This document shows, piece by piece, positions 50,242 through 62,887 of a DNA stretch of 64,000 bases. Position numbers and translations under genes: made by a program. The DNA is from Phoronis australis (lineage: Eukaryota; Animalia; Phoronida): assembly GCA_002633005.1 (NCBI GenBank), contig NMRA01000189.1, positions 421,168 through 485,167 of the forward strand, given 5' to 3'. Numbering within the stretch: the first letter of the stretch is position 1; each line of letters starts with the position of its first letter. The notes below the pieces were generated by a model. That model was not told the DNA's origin. It did no database searches and worked only from the letters and a program-made list of their open reading frames with translations.

Positions 50242-51560
50242 GGTGTTAGGAGTCAGAAGATCAAACAGTATTTTCTTGCAAATGACCGTGTTTAAAGTGG
50301 CAATATACCAGACTTGTTCCGTTGAAGAAAATTTAGATGTCCTCTTACTGGTGATAACTTTGGTCTTGTCTTGTTCCTTACTCAGTTGAGAAATGATTTT
50401 CGTTGAACTTCTATCATAGAACTGACAATTCATTATTGCTTAAGACCGTGCTTTTCAAATAAAATGACGCACCTTTACAAGCCAAGCTGTAGAGTCCGGT
50501 CTTATGCAAAAACACGAAACTACACCTATTTTGACTAAGGGCAGATTTGAGAATGATTTCATAACTGGACAGTTGGTGATCGAAATAAACAATTAGGAAT
50601 TCCGGAAGGCTGTTTTTTTGTCACTTCATCAATTAAAAGTTGTTTCCTTTGTGTTTTGCCCTAACTGGTGATGTTTTTATTACTTTGCTACTTTGATATT
50701 CATGTCTTGGTAAGATACTGTTTTAACAGTAAAATTGTGCATTTGGAGGACGTATTACCCATAATTCCTACAGACTTGTGGCTTTTCTTCCAAGCTTCAT
50801 CAGTACTTATTGACTTAATGTATTATTATGTTAACAAGGCTCAGTTTAATTCTGTTTGAACTTAAATGATTGTACCATTCAGAAATTTGAGTTTGCTAAC
50901 ATTTGAAGATATCTTTAATACGTAACAAAAAAGTTTAAAAACTAGGAAATTGTTTACATACTACCGATTTTCTAATCAGTCAGTAATAATAATTGAGTGT
51001 TAAGATTGAGTTAAAATTACACGATGTAAGATGATGTAACGTATTTAAACCAGAAGTAAAGTTAAACCCATTGTGCTGATTAAAGTGTATCATTTATTAG
51101 ATGCACAGTTGTTAGAAATATGAAACGCATTTTGTAATTTATCTGATCCTTTTGGGGCCGAGAAAAAGTTAATTGTTAATGGATGTATTTTCGAAAATAT
51201 ATGTTCAGTTATAAGTACATCTAGCGCTCTTGTATTTGGTAGTTCCATCTGTCATACAACTGTATTAATACTGTACTTTAAAAAAATCAATGAAATTGCT
51301 TCTCATCAAAAATTGACTGAATCTTGAGGAATTTTTTGGGCTAATTCTCAAATGATTTAGCAGCAGTTATTTTTCAACCGTTATCTTTCGGGGCATCACC
51401 ACAACTTCGACTAAGGTAGACTTATTGTCACGAAATTTGGCAGTTTTTTCCTGAAAATTAAGCACTGTATCTATTGTTTACATCTGATTCAATTCTTGGT
51501 CGAAGTATTATTAAAAATCTTACATCCAGTGTAATTTAATATCAAAAACTTTACGTTATA

Positions 51561-53250
51561 AAACAAGAGCAACGCGGAGCGTTTAAAAGCGCCCACGAAT
51601 GCATTGCAAATGGTGTGCTTTTAGGGTTATTTATTTGTATCATAAAAATGGCCACTAGATGGTGCAAAAACATACAATCCATACAAAAACAGGAACATGC
51701 CATATTTCATAAAAATCTGTCAAGGAACTTCAGAGAAACAAAGGAAAACAGAATAAAATAAAATTGTCATCACACCATTAAATGCCTATATTTAAAATTT
51801 TATGAAAATCTGTTGAGGACCTTTGAAGATGCTGAGATAAACGTTAAAAATTATAATTGCCACAATTCAGATCTGTCCAAAAGTCGTCATCCGTAGTCAA
51901 TAATCATATAAATACACTTGCTAAATTAAGTAAAGATCCTGCGAACGGTTTAGGAGATACAGCCATAGACGCAACAAAAACAAAACTGCCACTAGGAGGT
52001 GCCACAGTAGTCGAAATCGTTGTAAAATCGTCAACCGTCTTCTTTATAGTAAGCACATTCATGCCAATTTTCACAATCATCCTTTGAGCGGTTTGGTTGA
52101 TAAAGGGGTGGACGCAAAAACAGTAAAATTGGCCACTAGGTGGCGCAAACTACATCGAATCCATTCGAAAACGGAAAGATAGCGTCATCTCACTAATAAG
52201 TGCCTACATACCAAATTTCATGAAAATCCGTCCAGGATTTTTGAAGATACAAAGGTAAGCGTAAAAAACTAAAATTGCCACTAGGGGACACAATGGTAAT
52301 CAGATCCGTCCAAAAGCTTGCTCATGCCGTCCCATTCACGAATGGAACATGTGCCAAATTTCATGAACGTATGTCAAAGGGTCTTGGAGATAGAGCAGCA
52401 GACGCCGGACAGACGAACGGCATAATGCATTCACATATAAATATGTGGGCGCATAAAAATGTCCACTAGGTGGTGCAAAGTAGGTCGAATCGATCTGAAA
52501 ACGGAAAGATAGCGTCATCTCATTAACAGATGCCTGTATACCAAATTTTATGAAAATACGTTGAGGACCTTTGAATATACAGACTGAGGTAAACGTAAAA
52601 AAATAAAATTGCCACTTAGTGGCACACCAGTTGTCAGATCTGTCCAAAAGTCGTCATCCTCTGTTGTTAACATAATGATTATATAAATGCCTTTACTAAA
52701 TTTAGTAAAGATTATGCACATGGTTTAGGAGATACAGCCAGATGCAAAAAAAAACAAAACTGCCACTAGGAGGCACCACAGTAGTCGAAGTCGTCGGAAA
52801 ATCATCGTCAGCTGTTGCCTTTATAGTAAGAACATACATGCCAATTTTCACAATCATCCATTGAGCGGTTTGGTTGATAGAGGGGTGGACGCAAAAAAAG
52901 ACTCGAAAACAGTAAAAATGGCCACCAGGTGGCGCAAACTACGTCGAATCCATCCGAAAACGGGAGTATGGCTTCACCTTACTAATAGGTGCCTATATAC
53001 CAAATTTTATGAAAATCCCTTCAGGACTTTTGAAGATACAGAGGTAAATGTAAAAAACTAAAATTGCCACTAGGGGGCACAACAGTAGTTGCATCCATCC
53101 GAAAGTTCGCTCATGCCGTCCATCCACGGAAGGAACACATGTGCAAAAATTCATGACCATACGTCAAGGCGTTTTGGAGATAGAGCAGCGGACGCCGGAC
53201 GGAGATGACGGCATAATGTGTCCACATATAAATATGTGGGCGCATAAAAA
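51561..53250. mobile_element. Helentron-associated (HINE-like) element with internal tandem ~145-bp monomers and a ~0.78-kb higher-order duplication
   Basis: Subterminal inverted repeats GCGCCCAC (~51589) / GTGGGCGC (~53236), terminal hairpin CCACATAT-aa-ATATGTGG, GACR-type tract and A-rich ends. Monomers contain ccaaatttYatgaaaatcc and gccactagg.ggc. Confidence 0.82.
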
Positions 53251-53381
53251 TTGAAAATTTTCGGAAGCTGCACTGGTTGTATTTACTGCGTGTACCAAAT
53301 ACAAATACATTAACATTTCTTTACAATAGATTCAAACTAAACCCATTTCAATGAAATCTGAGGCAAACGTCTTAAGTATAC

Positions 53382-53580
53382 CAGGGCTTGCAATATTCCT
53401 CTTTGAAGACGATTTCCCCGTTTTTGGTTTTCATTTCCTCTTATTTGATTTCCAGTTTCCTCCGTTTTCATCTCTGTTCTTATCATAATTTTGACTGCTA
53501 TTTCTTTCACACAAGCCTATTTGTGGAACGATACATCACCTGGGAAATTTTCCTCTCGTCACTGCTCATTCCAAGCCCTG
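53382..53580. mobile_element. MITE downstream of the ALG10 stop
   Basis: CAGGGCTTGCAAT / ATTCCAAGCCCTG with flanks gtatac / gtatag. Confidence 0.75.
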
Positions 53581-53670
53581 GTATAGTTCAAACATTCATC
53601 TTTCTTCAAAGTTTATTTTGTCTTTTTGAGATCGTATACTGACACGCATTTCCATGTCCAATGTTATCAC

Positions 53671-56600
53671 CTACCATATGAATCTTTGCAGCTCGCCTTG
53701 TTCATGTTCCCATTCAAATGGTTTACGTAGGAACAAATATAAAGTGGCTGCGTTGACCACTGCATAGAGCAAAAGTTCCAAAACCAATCTGGGATATGAA
53801 GCAAGAGATGTATTGAGTCTCAAAATTAAATAGGGCAAAATGAAGTATCTAAATTCTAACAGTTTTTGCGGAACTGTAGCTATGATGAGACATACAGAGT
53901 AGACAGTCCTCCACCAGATGTCCTTGCAGTCTAGTTTTGAAAAGATGCAGTACGTTGAAAAGAGGTAACAGGGAATTAGTGCATACCTCACAAGTTCATG
54001 TCTTCTGTAAATTTTCGACCAAACATAAAAAGTATAATGGCGATTGTCTGCTAGCAAATATGGATGTGCAAATGTGAATTTCCACACAACAAAAACGCTT
54101 GTGATGAGAAAAAATGAATACATGAGAGGTCTTTGAATGGCGTGTCTCATGAAGCTGGGTACACTTGACAAGCTGAAGAGTGCAGGGAATCCAAAACCAA
54201 GTGCTAAACAAGCGAAATAAAAGAATTGTGGAAAATGAAGGCAAGCCTCATGAGCTGTCCTATCACCGACCACGATTCCTCCATTGAAGTAAATAAAAGC
54301 TGCAAAGCCCAGCCCAACACTTAAATATGGCCATGTTCTTGTAACAATGCTGTACACCAGATCCATCATAAATCCTCTTTGATTCTTTAGCTTTGTAAAC
54401 AGTACCGAAGCTGCGTCACAGATTTGCATCACTGCATCTCCATTAAGAGAATTCTTGCCTTTTCCTTGGGGTTTATGAAGCACTTCTCTCAACACCTCTG
54501 CCACTTCTAGTCCAGCCACAAACACCACCCACACAACATTGGTCTGTCTGAACAGTATAGCAAGGGCTCCAGTCAAGCCAGACAAGGCAGTGTTGCCATG
54601 GAGATGCAATAAGTAGGTCAAAAGGACAACAAAAGTCGACCCAGGATCGGTGTAGTAGAGATACGTGAAAAAGTAGAGAACTGGGAATAAGCTCAGACTA
54701 AGAGCTGTCAGCAGCGCTTTGACTTCATCATAATTCTGGAAATAATGAAGCAAGATTAATCAACTGACTTGTGTATACTGCAGTCACCCATTTGAAAACT
54801 CAGACAAAAAGGCTTTCCCACAAGACCAGTCAATTACAGTACACAACAATCTGATAAAACAATCTGATTTTCACAATCATGACAGCTGAGTGCCAGTGGA
54901 ATTCCCCGCCATGATGGCTGATTGGAAGCGGACTTCACCATAATGCTAGAATGACCTGTCTTGGTGATTTGTGACAGATCATCGCACACTGTGTTGATGG
55001 ATGAACAATATTTGATTATATTTCATGTGTACTGTAAACACAGCATGCTTGCTATGTCATGGAAAAGTGGCTGTTTCTTATCTGTGCAATCAAACAATAC
55101 AAGTCAGTTTTGTCATTAAGGGGTTTCACACAGTTTTAATTCACTGGTGATTTTTTTTAAATTTTACATCTTTGTATTTCAGTCTACCTATTACAAATCT
55201 GGAAAAATGTGAGGGTAATAAATTATTATACATAATTAGTGCAGCGAAAGGCCTGGGCAGGATGTTACAAGTGCTAAATAGAGACACAGCTCATACACAG
55301 TTGGTGCAATAAGTTACCTTATTCTTTTGGTGCAGTTTCTTCATAAGCTCAAACAGAAGATAAAAGTTGCCAATGGCAAATCCGACATTCGTCAGCCTCA
55401 ACCAGAATGTCCCACACAGATGATTCAGGCCCAGATACTGCATGACAGGCTTCAACATGCCAACAGAGATAACGTACAGTCCTGGCAGGGTTGTTATTTT
55501 GGGATCCCACTTTAACAGAAAACATGCACGTTAAAAAATTGCTCGTCTAGGTAAGAACAGCGACTTGTTTTAAATTGACTTGAAAAGCACTGATCACAAT
55601 CTTAGCAAATGAATATTTTGAACTGATTGTTACGACTTTATGTAGTGAACCAATTCTTAAAAGTTTTATTTCTGAAAATTAACAGACAAACTTGTTCTCT
55701 AAGATAGGACTATTTTCATCGTTTGAAAAAATACCACTTTGTGGTCTATTCATTTTTGAAAATAATTGTGTGACTAAGAATAACGAGGGTGGAGGGAGGT
55801 TGGGGAGAGATAATACTTTTATTTAGACTGAGCTAAAATAATACAATAAAAACATTAAAAGTTTTTTGTGACACCTTGTATTTCATCAATAGGCTCGTAC
55901 AACATTGTTTATCCGCTTGTGTGTTACAAAGCAATTTCCGCATTTTTTTTAACCAGGCCGAAGGTCAGAAGTCGCGATCCTACCGGCGAACTTTGAAAGC
56001 TGAAGTTCCCGCCCTTTGCGTACGTGCTGCCGGGAACCAGCCGTGCATTTGCCGTGTTGTTAAACATTAAAATGTCAAATATGTGCACAAAGACTTTTAA
56101 ATGTCATATCAACAGCATTTATTTTTATCAAATACAAACAATAATTCATTGAAATACAAACAGTTTCAAGTAACGCCAATTAAAGACAAGTATAAGTGGT
56201 GGCATTTTGGAAACGAACATTTGACTGACAAGACCGCAATGGCTCACCTTTGGCCTATTTAAAAATTATTGAGGTTATGAAGTCACATCACCTAGCGAGC
56301 GCGGTAAAAGTTGGAGCGTGCGCAGTACAAAAATTTTGATTTCACGATTTTGGGAACTGAAATAGGGACTGCTCGAAGAAAAAGTTTCATAACGGGAGTA
56401 TTTGTTCGAGTTGGAAGAACTTAAACACATCGACAACCTCCTAAGGTGTTCCTCTATGCGCAAAAGGTATTTATAACAACGTGACTTTGATGGTTTAGTC
56501 GGTGCGAGGCATAATTCGCCGAAAAGCTTCCGGCGTACAGAGCGCCTATAGCCTCTACATCGCCTCTGGTTCGGGCCAACAGAGGCGATGGTCATTGCCT

Positions 56601-56823
56601 ACTGTGTGTACTGACGGAGCCAGCTAGAGACGGTGGTCACTTTCAGAATCACCTGCGTAAAATTGCCATCACAGTAAGCCTGAGCTTGTCGCACGTGAAA
56701 TATTTCATCCATGTATGGGTCTGGTTGATTAGCGTAAACAATTTTAGAAATATACAGGCTGGAACCAATAAATACGGCACATATTTCCAAAAACATCAAC
56801 AATTGCTGACTGGGCGCCACCAT
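53671..56823 (-). CDS. ALG10: Dol-P-Glc:Glc2Man9GlcNAc2-PP-Dol alpha-1,2-glucosyltransferase (~475 aa); exons 56653-56823, 55318-55509, 53671-54735
   Basis: Motifs PYMDEIFH..QAQ.YC.G.F.QWDPKITTLPGLY, YYTD, RQTNVVW, NGGIVVGD, HPYLLADNRHYTFY, QKLLEFRYF, QRFIW. Both introns are phase 0 GT-AG. Confidence 0.96.
56280..56640 (-). mobile_element. copy of the unclassified first-intron element (see 13163-13486)
   Basis: Reverse complement shares ccggaagctttt.ggcga, atcaaagtca, ataccttttgc, gaacaaatactcccgttat and cttcgagcagtcc. Confidence 0.75.
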
Positions 56824-57039
56824 TTTGAAGTCACTTACTCAACTTCAGCTTTAATTGCGCATTTGTCTTACTAAAATGTTAGTGCGGCTATTACAATTAT
56901 AATATGTTACAAAATAAATACTAATTACACATTTTGTGAACAACTACACTATTATTTTATTTGAAGACGGAATAATTTGAAATTAGGTAAAAGTTAGTTT
57001 ATTACGAAACCATATCCATGGACGGAAATTCTCTTTAAA
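56824..57039. promoter_or_regulatory. bidirectional promoter ALG10/TPRKB (216 bp between ATGs)
   Basis: Head-to-head ATGs. AAAATGG contexts at both starts and a CGGAA ETS-like core. Confidence 0.7.
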
Positions 57040-60000
57040 ATGGCTGCGCCCGAAGAGTACACTGACCCGCTGTACCCAGATCTATCTGTTACAATTGCGT
57101 TATTCAACGATGTCAAAAATGCTTCGCAGCTCAAACAGATGGCAGTGTCAGGAGACATTCAAGCCACTTTACTTAAATCCTCCATGGTAACATGATCTTC
57201 TAACGTGCTTGAAATGCAATTGTGACCCTGCTCTGCTAGTGCTAGGCCATGGCTAATGGCTTACAATAAGAATGAGAGTTAATATTTCGATATGTAATGA
57301 TATCCACATAAGTAAATAACGGAGTAGTACATACGCCATTACATAGTAACACATGTGTGTCGTAAGTTTTTCAATCTCGCTACTACGTGACATGCATGTC
57401 AATTGATGGTGTTGTAAATGTGGTTCTGGTGAATCATATGAGCCTCTGTTAGCTACTCGCTAACAGGCAATTGCCCATTAGCTGAATGGTTAGCATGTTA
57501 GCTGGGTTTGTGGGGGTCGCTGGTTGGATTCCTGGGTCAGGTAATCTCGGCTACTTCTACAAATGGCTCAGTTGGCAAATGGATGATCTACTGATGCAGC
57601 ACTGCCAACTAGTACCGCAGACCTCGGACAGTGCTCATGGTTATGGTGATGGTAAAAGTTCCAGGAGTTGAGGACCTGTATGAGAGACAACCTTGTATTC
57701 ACCTGTGTTGTGGTGATAAAAATACCAAGGGAAGTTGGTGACCTGTATGCAAGGCAACCTGGTGCTCACCTTCCTGGTGGCGCGCCTGTTCCGTAGGAAA
57801 AGGTGGAATGTTGTAGATGTGCTTTCGGTGAATCATATGAGCCTTTGTTGGCCACTCACTAACAGGCAATTGCCTGTTAGCTGAATGGAGGTCGCTGATT
57901 CGGTTCCCCCATCGGGTAATCTCGGCTATTACCACAAGGTGATTGGCTAACCTTTAGTCAGGATCATTCATTGTTTGGGTAAAAGTCGAGTAGGCTAGTC
58001 CCTCTTTAAAATGATTGCTGAGGACCGGTTTCACTAAATATTGGTAATGACTGTTCTTCAGTGAAAAATGGTTCTCAACAGCCATTTTGAAGAGGAACCT
58101 GTCAATTTAACCTTTGCCCATTGTTTTACCCGATCTAAGGACAAGCAGCATGTGGTCACATGCCTTTGGTAGTAGTGACATTTTGAACCTTGCCAAAGCA
58201 GCAGATAAACATGTGATACTGCTGTTGTAATCATCATTTTCATTCGTCCTTGAATTTTTTGTGGTGCCTTATGATTTGTCAGGTTTTGCTGTTCCTCGGT
58301 GTCCCCATTGGTGGCTGGTCGGAAGTGCCCTCTCTTGACAGCCATTGATGCAACTCAACAGATTATGCTTCCTACAAACAAGTTTTCTATTTTTGAACTG
58401 GTGATTAATACAACACTGCAAGCCTCATCAGACACATCTGTGTTTAGTGTACTGGCGTGAGCACTTCTCTTTTGTTATAGTGTATACCAGAGATATGAGA
58501 TAGCAGTTCAAATGAGGTCCCATGGGTGCATGTAACCATCCAGCTAGGGGAGTCTGTTACCTCATAAGTCAGTACCCACGTCAACTCGTACCCAAATCAA
58601 TTTTCTAAAGTGTTTAAAAACAGTTTTAGGGTGTGAAGTGTTAATTAAAATCAAGCTGTCATATCAGTTTTGCATGAAAATGAAAATTAAGTCGATATGT
58701 TGTAGACCCCGAGCAGGGTTGACATTGGCTTGGTCACAGACTGATTGAAAAGTCCTGCTAGACATTAGAAGTACCACTGAACTGGGGAAGTGAACCTGGC
58801 TCAGGTGGTGGGCCTTCCATAGGATGCTTTACATGCAAGTTTTTCTGCAAGTGACGCCTCACACTGGCTAAACCATCAAAGTCATGTACACTGTATTACA
58901 AGTGCTCCTTGAGCATAGAAGGACACCTTTGGGGGCCTGTCATCATTGACCATTTGTGACCTCTCTTAGGAGAGGGGGGTGATAACTTTACCTAAGCAAA
59001 ATTTCAGTTCACAAAAAATACCAGAATTCATATCACTTCAATGTATTTTCTTAGTATTTTATGACCAGCAATCAGAATTTTTGAGCAAATTTTGCAGAAG
59101 AGCGAAGTTTTCATCGTCTCCCGTAAGGTGGTATTATGCTTTCAATTCAGCAGCTGACTTTTTATTCAAAAATCAGAGAATAATGCAAGGAAATGACATT
59201 AATTAGATTTTTAAATGGCTCTAGTGGACAAGGTGTCAGTTAACTCCCATACGCTGTCCAGTCATCAGCTCAACACGTTTATAATGTGCTTCGTGACGAG
59301 ATGATGACCCAGGCAGTGTAAAATTTTAAGATCTGTCTAAATTTACTCGTACCCTAGCTGTATCTTATATTCAGTCTTGCAATGCATTTTTCTACCTTCA
59401 GTCCAGATTATTGATGGATTGTAATGTTTCTGTTTCTTTGCAGATCTTGAATTCGTGGCAAGTTCTAATGGCTGCAAATCAAGCCATTCATTTACACAAA
59501 ACAGATGCCAAGAAAACTCGACAGCTACATTCTGAAGTAATCTACAGCTTGGCGTCTTCACGAAATGTATGTGAGTTCATTTGTATGTAATCCATACAGT
59601 GTTCTCCACGACCTGTTTTGACTCGACACCATAACGCGTTTGTATTTTGCCATTTTGCCGCGTCGAGTTTGAGAAAGCGTGTTAAGTTTAAAAATTGCCA
59701 CGCCAGGTTTCAAACCTTGGCTGGCGTGGTACTTTAGCCCTCATCATCTAATCTGAGCCTGATTTTACCAACAGTAAACATAATTCACTTTACCAAGAGG
59801 CAGTCAACAGTACGGTATTTGCTGTAATAAGGTGCCCGGGGCCCTTAGTGAAATTCGTTTTGGGGGGAGGCGCTTGTTGTATTGTAACCCAAGGAGGTTA
59901 AAACCCGGTCTCCGAAACGGGTGAAATTGGAAGCTAGGATTCATCAAATTTACGCTATATGATGTATCTACAAAACTGTAGTGCATTGCTATCAAACTTT

Positions 60001-62502
60001 GTTGATAAATTACGATAATTTTACAGAAAGTTGTGCTGAAATCCCAGGGTGAAAAGTCGTCGATGCGCCGCTACCTCGCGATCGTTGACAGGATAGCTTG
60101 AATAAAATATAGTTTCGACTCAACAAATTATCTGAAATCCTCACTTAAGTTTTCCAAGTAGCGTCCCTAAGATTATAAGTTCCTATGGAGTCTGTATTAA
60201 GAACAAGATCCGTTTAAATATGCGCAAAATTGTACCCAGCAACATGAGAAAAATCTCTGGACGAACTCACATGTCGTAGTCACGTTTTGAAGATCGTCTG
60301 CTTGTGTGAGTGAGCGAGCGCGTGTGTGTCATCAGCGTTCGTTTGCCGGAGTAAACGCAATGTAACGACTTAGGCGTGCATTGTAACTAAAGAAATAACA
60401 CAAGCTGATCACATGTACTATTCAAATGTGTGAGAATTGTCTCTGTAGGGCCTAAGGCTGAAAGTCATTGAGTCGCTGAGGGACTGGATGTGTGACAGTC
60501 TGAGTTATTTTCCGGGAGATTGGGGGGCGGAGGTGTCCACTACGAGCGGGACATTTTATTAGGTACTTTACTTTGAAAACACTTATTATGAATACATTAA
60601 AAAGGGATTAATAAAAAAAGCAATCTCTCTTAAAAATAACGCAACATTTTTACGGCATTAGAAACTTTCTGAAATAAGTGCCAATCTATATTTCTAGCCG
60701 ATGTGCTACCCGAAAACTAATGTCTGCGATAACAAGTGACACGTATGTAGCACGCGCTTCCTGATCACATGCTTTTAACAACAATTTTTTTATTCATGAG
60801 ACCGTCGTTAGCTGAATGGGCACTTCGAGCACAATTCGTGGTTTTCACGTGTACGCCCTACAAAATGTCAAAAAGTAGCTCACACCTGACCAAGTTCAGT
60901 GTATATTTTTGAAACATACATAAATACCTCCAGTGGAGACATGAAGGCTATAGACTAGAGAAAAGATAGTGTTGACAACTGATATTGATCTCTAGAAATC
61001 TGCGTTGAGTTTGGAATTGGTATTGTGGAGAACACTGCCATACTAAGTGTGCTGCCACCTTCTGTCATCTGACTGAATGACCAAACTAACACATTTGTTC
61101 CTGTTAAGCTTCTTCACATGTCCTCAGTTTTCGTCCATTGTCATATTTCTTCCTGTCTGGCATTACAATTACATGTAGGATCAGTCAGAAACAGGAAGAA
61201 AAAACAATGACACATTCTTAGTACTAATACGATGCCTGTTTTATAAGTGGCTTGGTTAATAAAAATGTGCACCTCAATGTAGTTACCCCAAAAGGTATGA
61301 AGCAGCGAAACCTGGTTTTGGTTTAGATATGGTTATCTTATGTTTATCTTTTAACTTGAGACTAATTACGTCAGAATGGTGTAGCTTTGTGTGTGCGTGT
61401 CTTTGTGTGTGCGTGCGTGCTTGCATGTGCGTGTGTGTGTTGTTTTGTATTGTTTCTCCTTTTATTTATTTGTTTTTGCACCGTATACCTGATGTTGAGA
61501 TGTAAACACTTATAAGTTTGATTTTCCGACGATAACAACTTTTATTAAATTGATGAAAAAAACAGATATGAACTACAACTTGCTCATCCACATTTTTTAA
61601 ATTACGTGTAATGTGTAATGACTTTTATCAATCCTCAAAGCATTGGAGCATGTTTTAAGTTTCTTACAAAGTCTGCGGAATTGACAAATATGACTAAATC
61701 CTTAGGGAAGGTATACAATTATTGTGGGAAAATACCAGCCTCTTAGAACCACTGGATTCACTTCATGGCTATGCGAGGAACTGTTTTGTACTGCGTTGAG
61801 AAGTGGATATGATGTCTGATTAGAAGCCAAATCAGTCACTTAAAACGAATATTCACAAGGCTTTTTCTCAGTGGTCGTATGATTAATTGGCCTGACAGTA
61901 ATGTGCAAAATGACCTTGTTCTGGCCAGTCACGTATGATCACCACGGGCAAACAGAGTCTAACCACAATTTGTTCCGTATGTAAACACTAGCACATTATC
62001 CAGAAGTGATATTTTGTGATACATGTATGCCTTGCGATCAGACAGCATGTGAGCGATGTATCAGATAATTAGTGTGTTTGTCATTTTGTGAAGGCATGAA
62101 TAGTGTGCCAGGAGGTGACAGAACAAGCTTTGGTTGAAATAGACAACATGGGGTTCAGCATCTTTTAAAGCAAATTGGTTTTATTTACAACTGTTAACCA
62201 CTACTTGAAGGGAACACATTTCTTCCTCTCTGACTAGATTTGCATTCTTGACTTGTTGTAGTTTGACTCTGGCAACTGACCTTGTGGACACTATATGTGA
62301 CTTTGCTTAATAGTTTATAATCTTCATGCAGATATCAGATTCCTTCAAACGTTTTGGAATATCTGACGAGGAGACGAGCATTCTTGTCGTTGCTATCCAC
62401 CCTAATGGGCAGTCTGTTCTGGACATTCTGGACAAAGTGGAGGGCACCATGGTTGATCTATCCCAGCTAGAGACTTCCTGTGATACGCAGGCCATCATGA
62501 AG
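57040..62502 (+). CDS. TPRKB: EKC/KEOPS complex subunit TPRKB (CGI-121), exons 57040-57186, 59444-59566, 62332-62502; last exon outside window
   Basis: LYPD..VTIALFNDVKNASQLK, QVLMAANQAIH...KTRQLHSEVIYSL, ISDSFKRFGIS. All introns are phase 0 GT-AG. Confidence 0.92.
57410..57936 (+). mobile_element. TRIM (miniature LTR retrotransposon) with tRNA-like sequence in its LTRs
   Basis: LTRs 57410-57561 and 57809-57936 (TGTTGTA...TACA/CACA), PBS-like TGGCTCAGTTGGCA at 57564, PPT AGGAAAAGGTGGAA at 57795-57808, and A/B boxes inside the LTR. Confidence 0.8.
58857..58940 (+). repeat. fragment of the first-intron element family
   Basis: cctcacactggctaaaccatcaaagtca...gcatagaaggacacctt. Confidence 0.55.
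59813..60850. mobile_element. second copy of the Tc1/pogo-type element at 46474-47797
   Basis: Shared blocks such as ggtctcc.aaacgggtgaaat.ggaagctaggattcat and cgactcaacaaattatctgaaatcct. Confidence 0.8.
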
Positions 62503-62799
62503 GTAAGACTTGAGCATTGGTCAGTGTGGTCATCTTAGACCATGCACACTGTTACTGAGAAGAGTCTGACTTTACCTGCATCCGATGAAATCTTGTCCCA
62601 GTCGGATGTGACTTTGCGAGTTATGCTGTGTTGTTTTGATTGTCCATATTCTTCAATGTTGGAGACTGGCATGAGAAATAAGTGCTGAGTTTCGTCACTG
62701 TTGTTGAAATGTGAACTGAAAAGTTACACTTTGATAAAGGTGCATGCAAACAGCTCTGTAAAGCTTTACCCTTATGTTGTCAAAGTAGTTAATAATCTC

Positions 62800-62887
62800 T
62801 CACAGGGATTCTGCATTTTGAGAACCAGTTTTCTCCACTGAATTACAGGCATCGAACTGGTTCTCAAAATACGGGGACCCTTGTGAG
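62800..62887. repeat. short inverted repeat / hairpin (~30-bp stem)
   Basis: tcacagggattctgcattttgagaaccagtt ... aactggttctcaaaatacggggacccttgtga. Confidence 0.75.
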
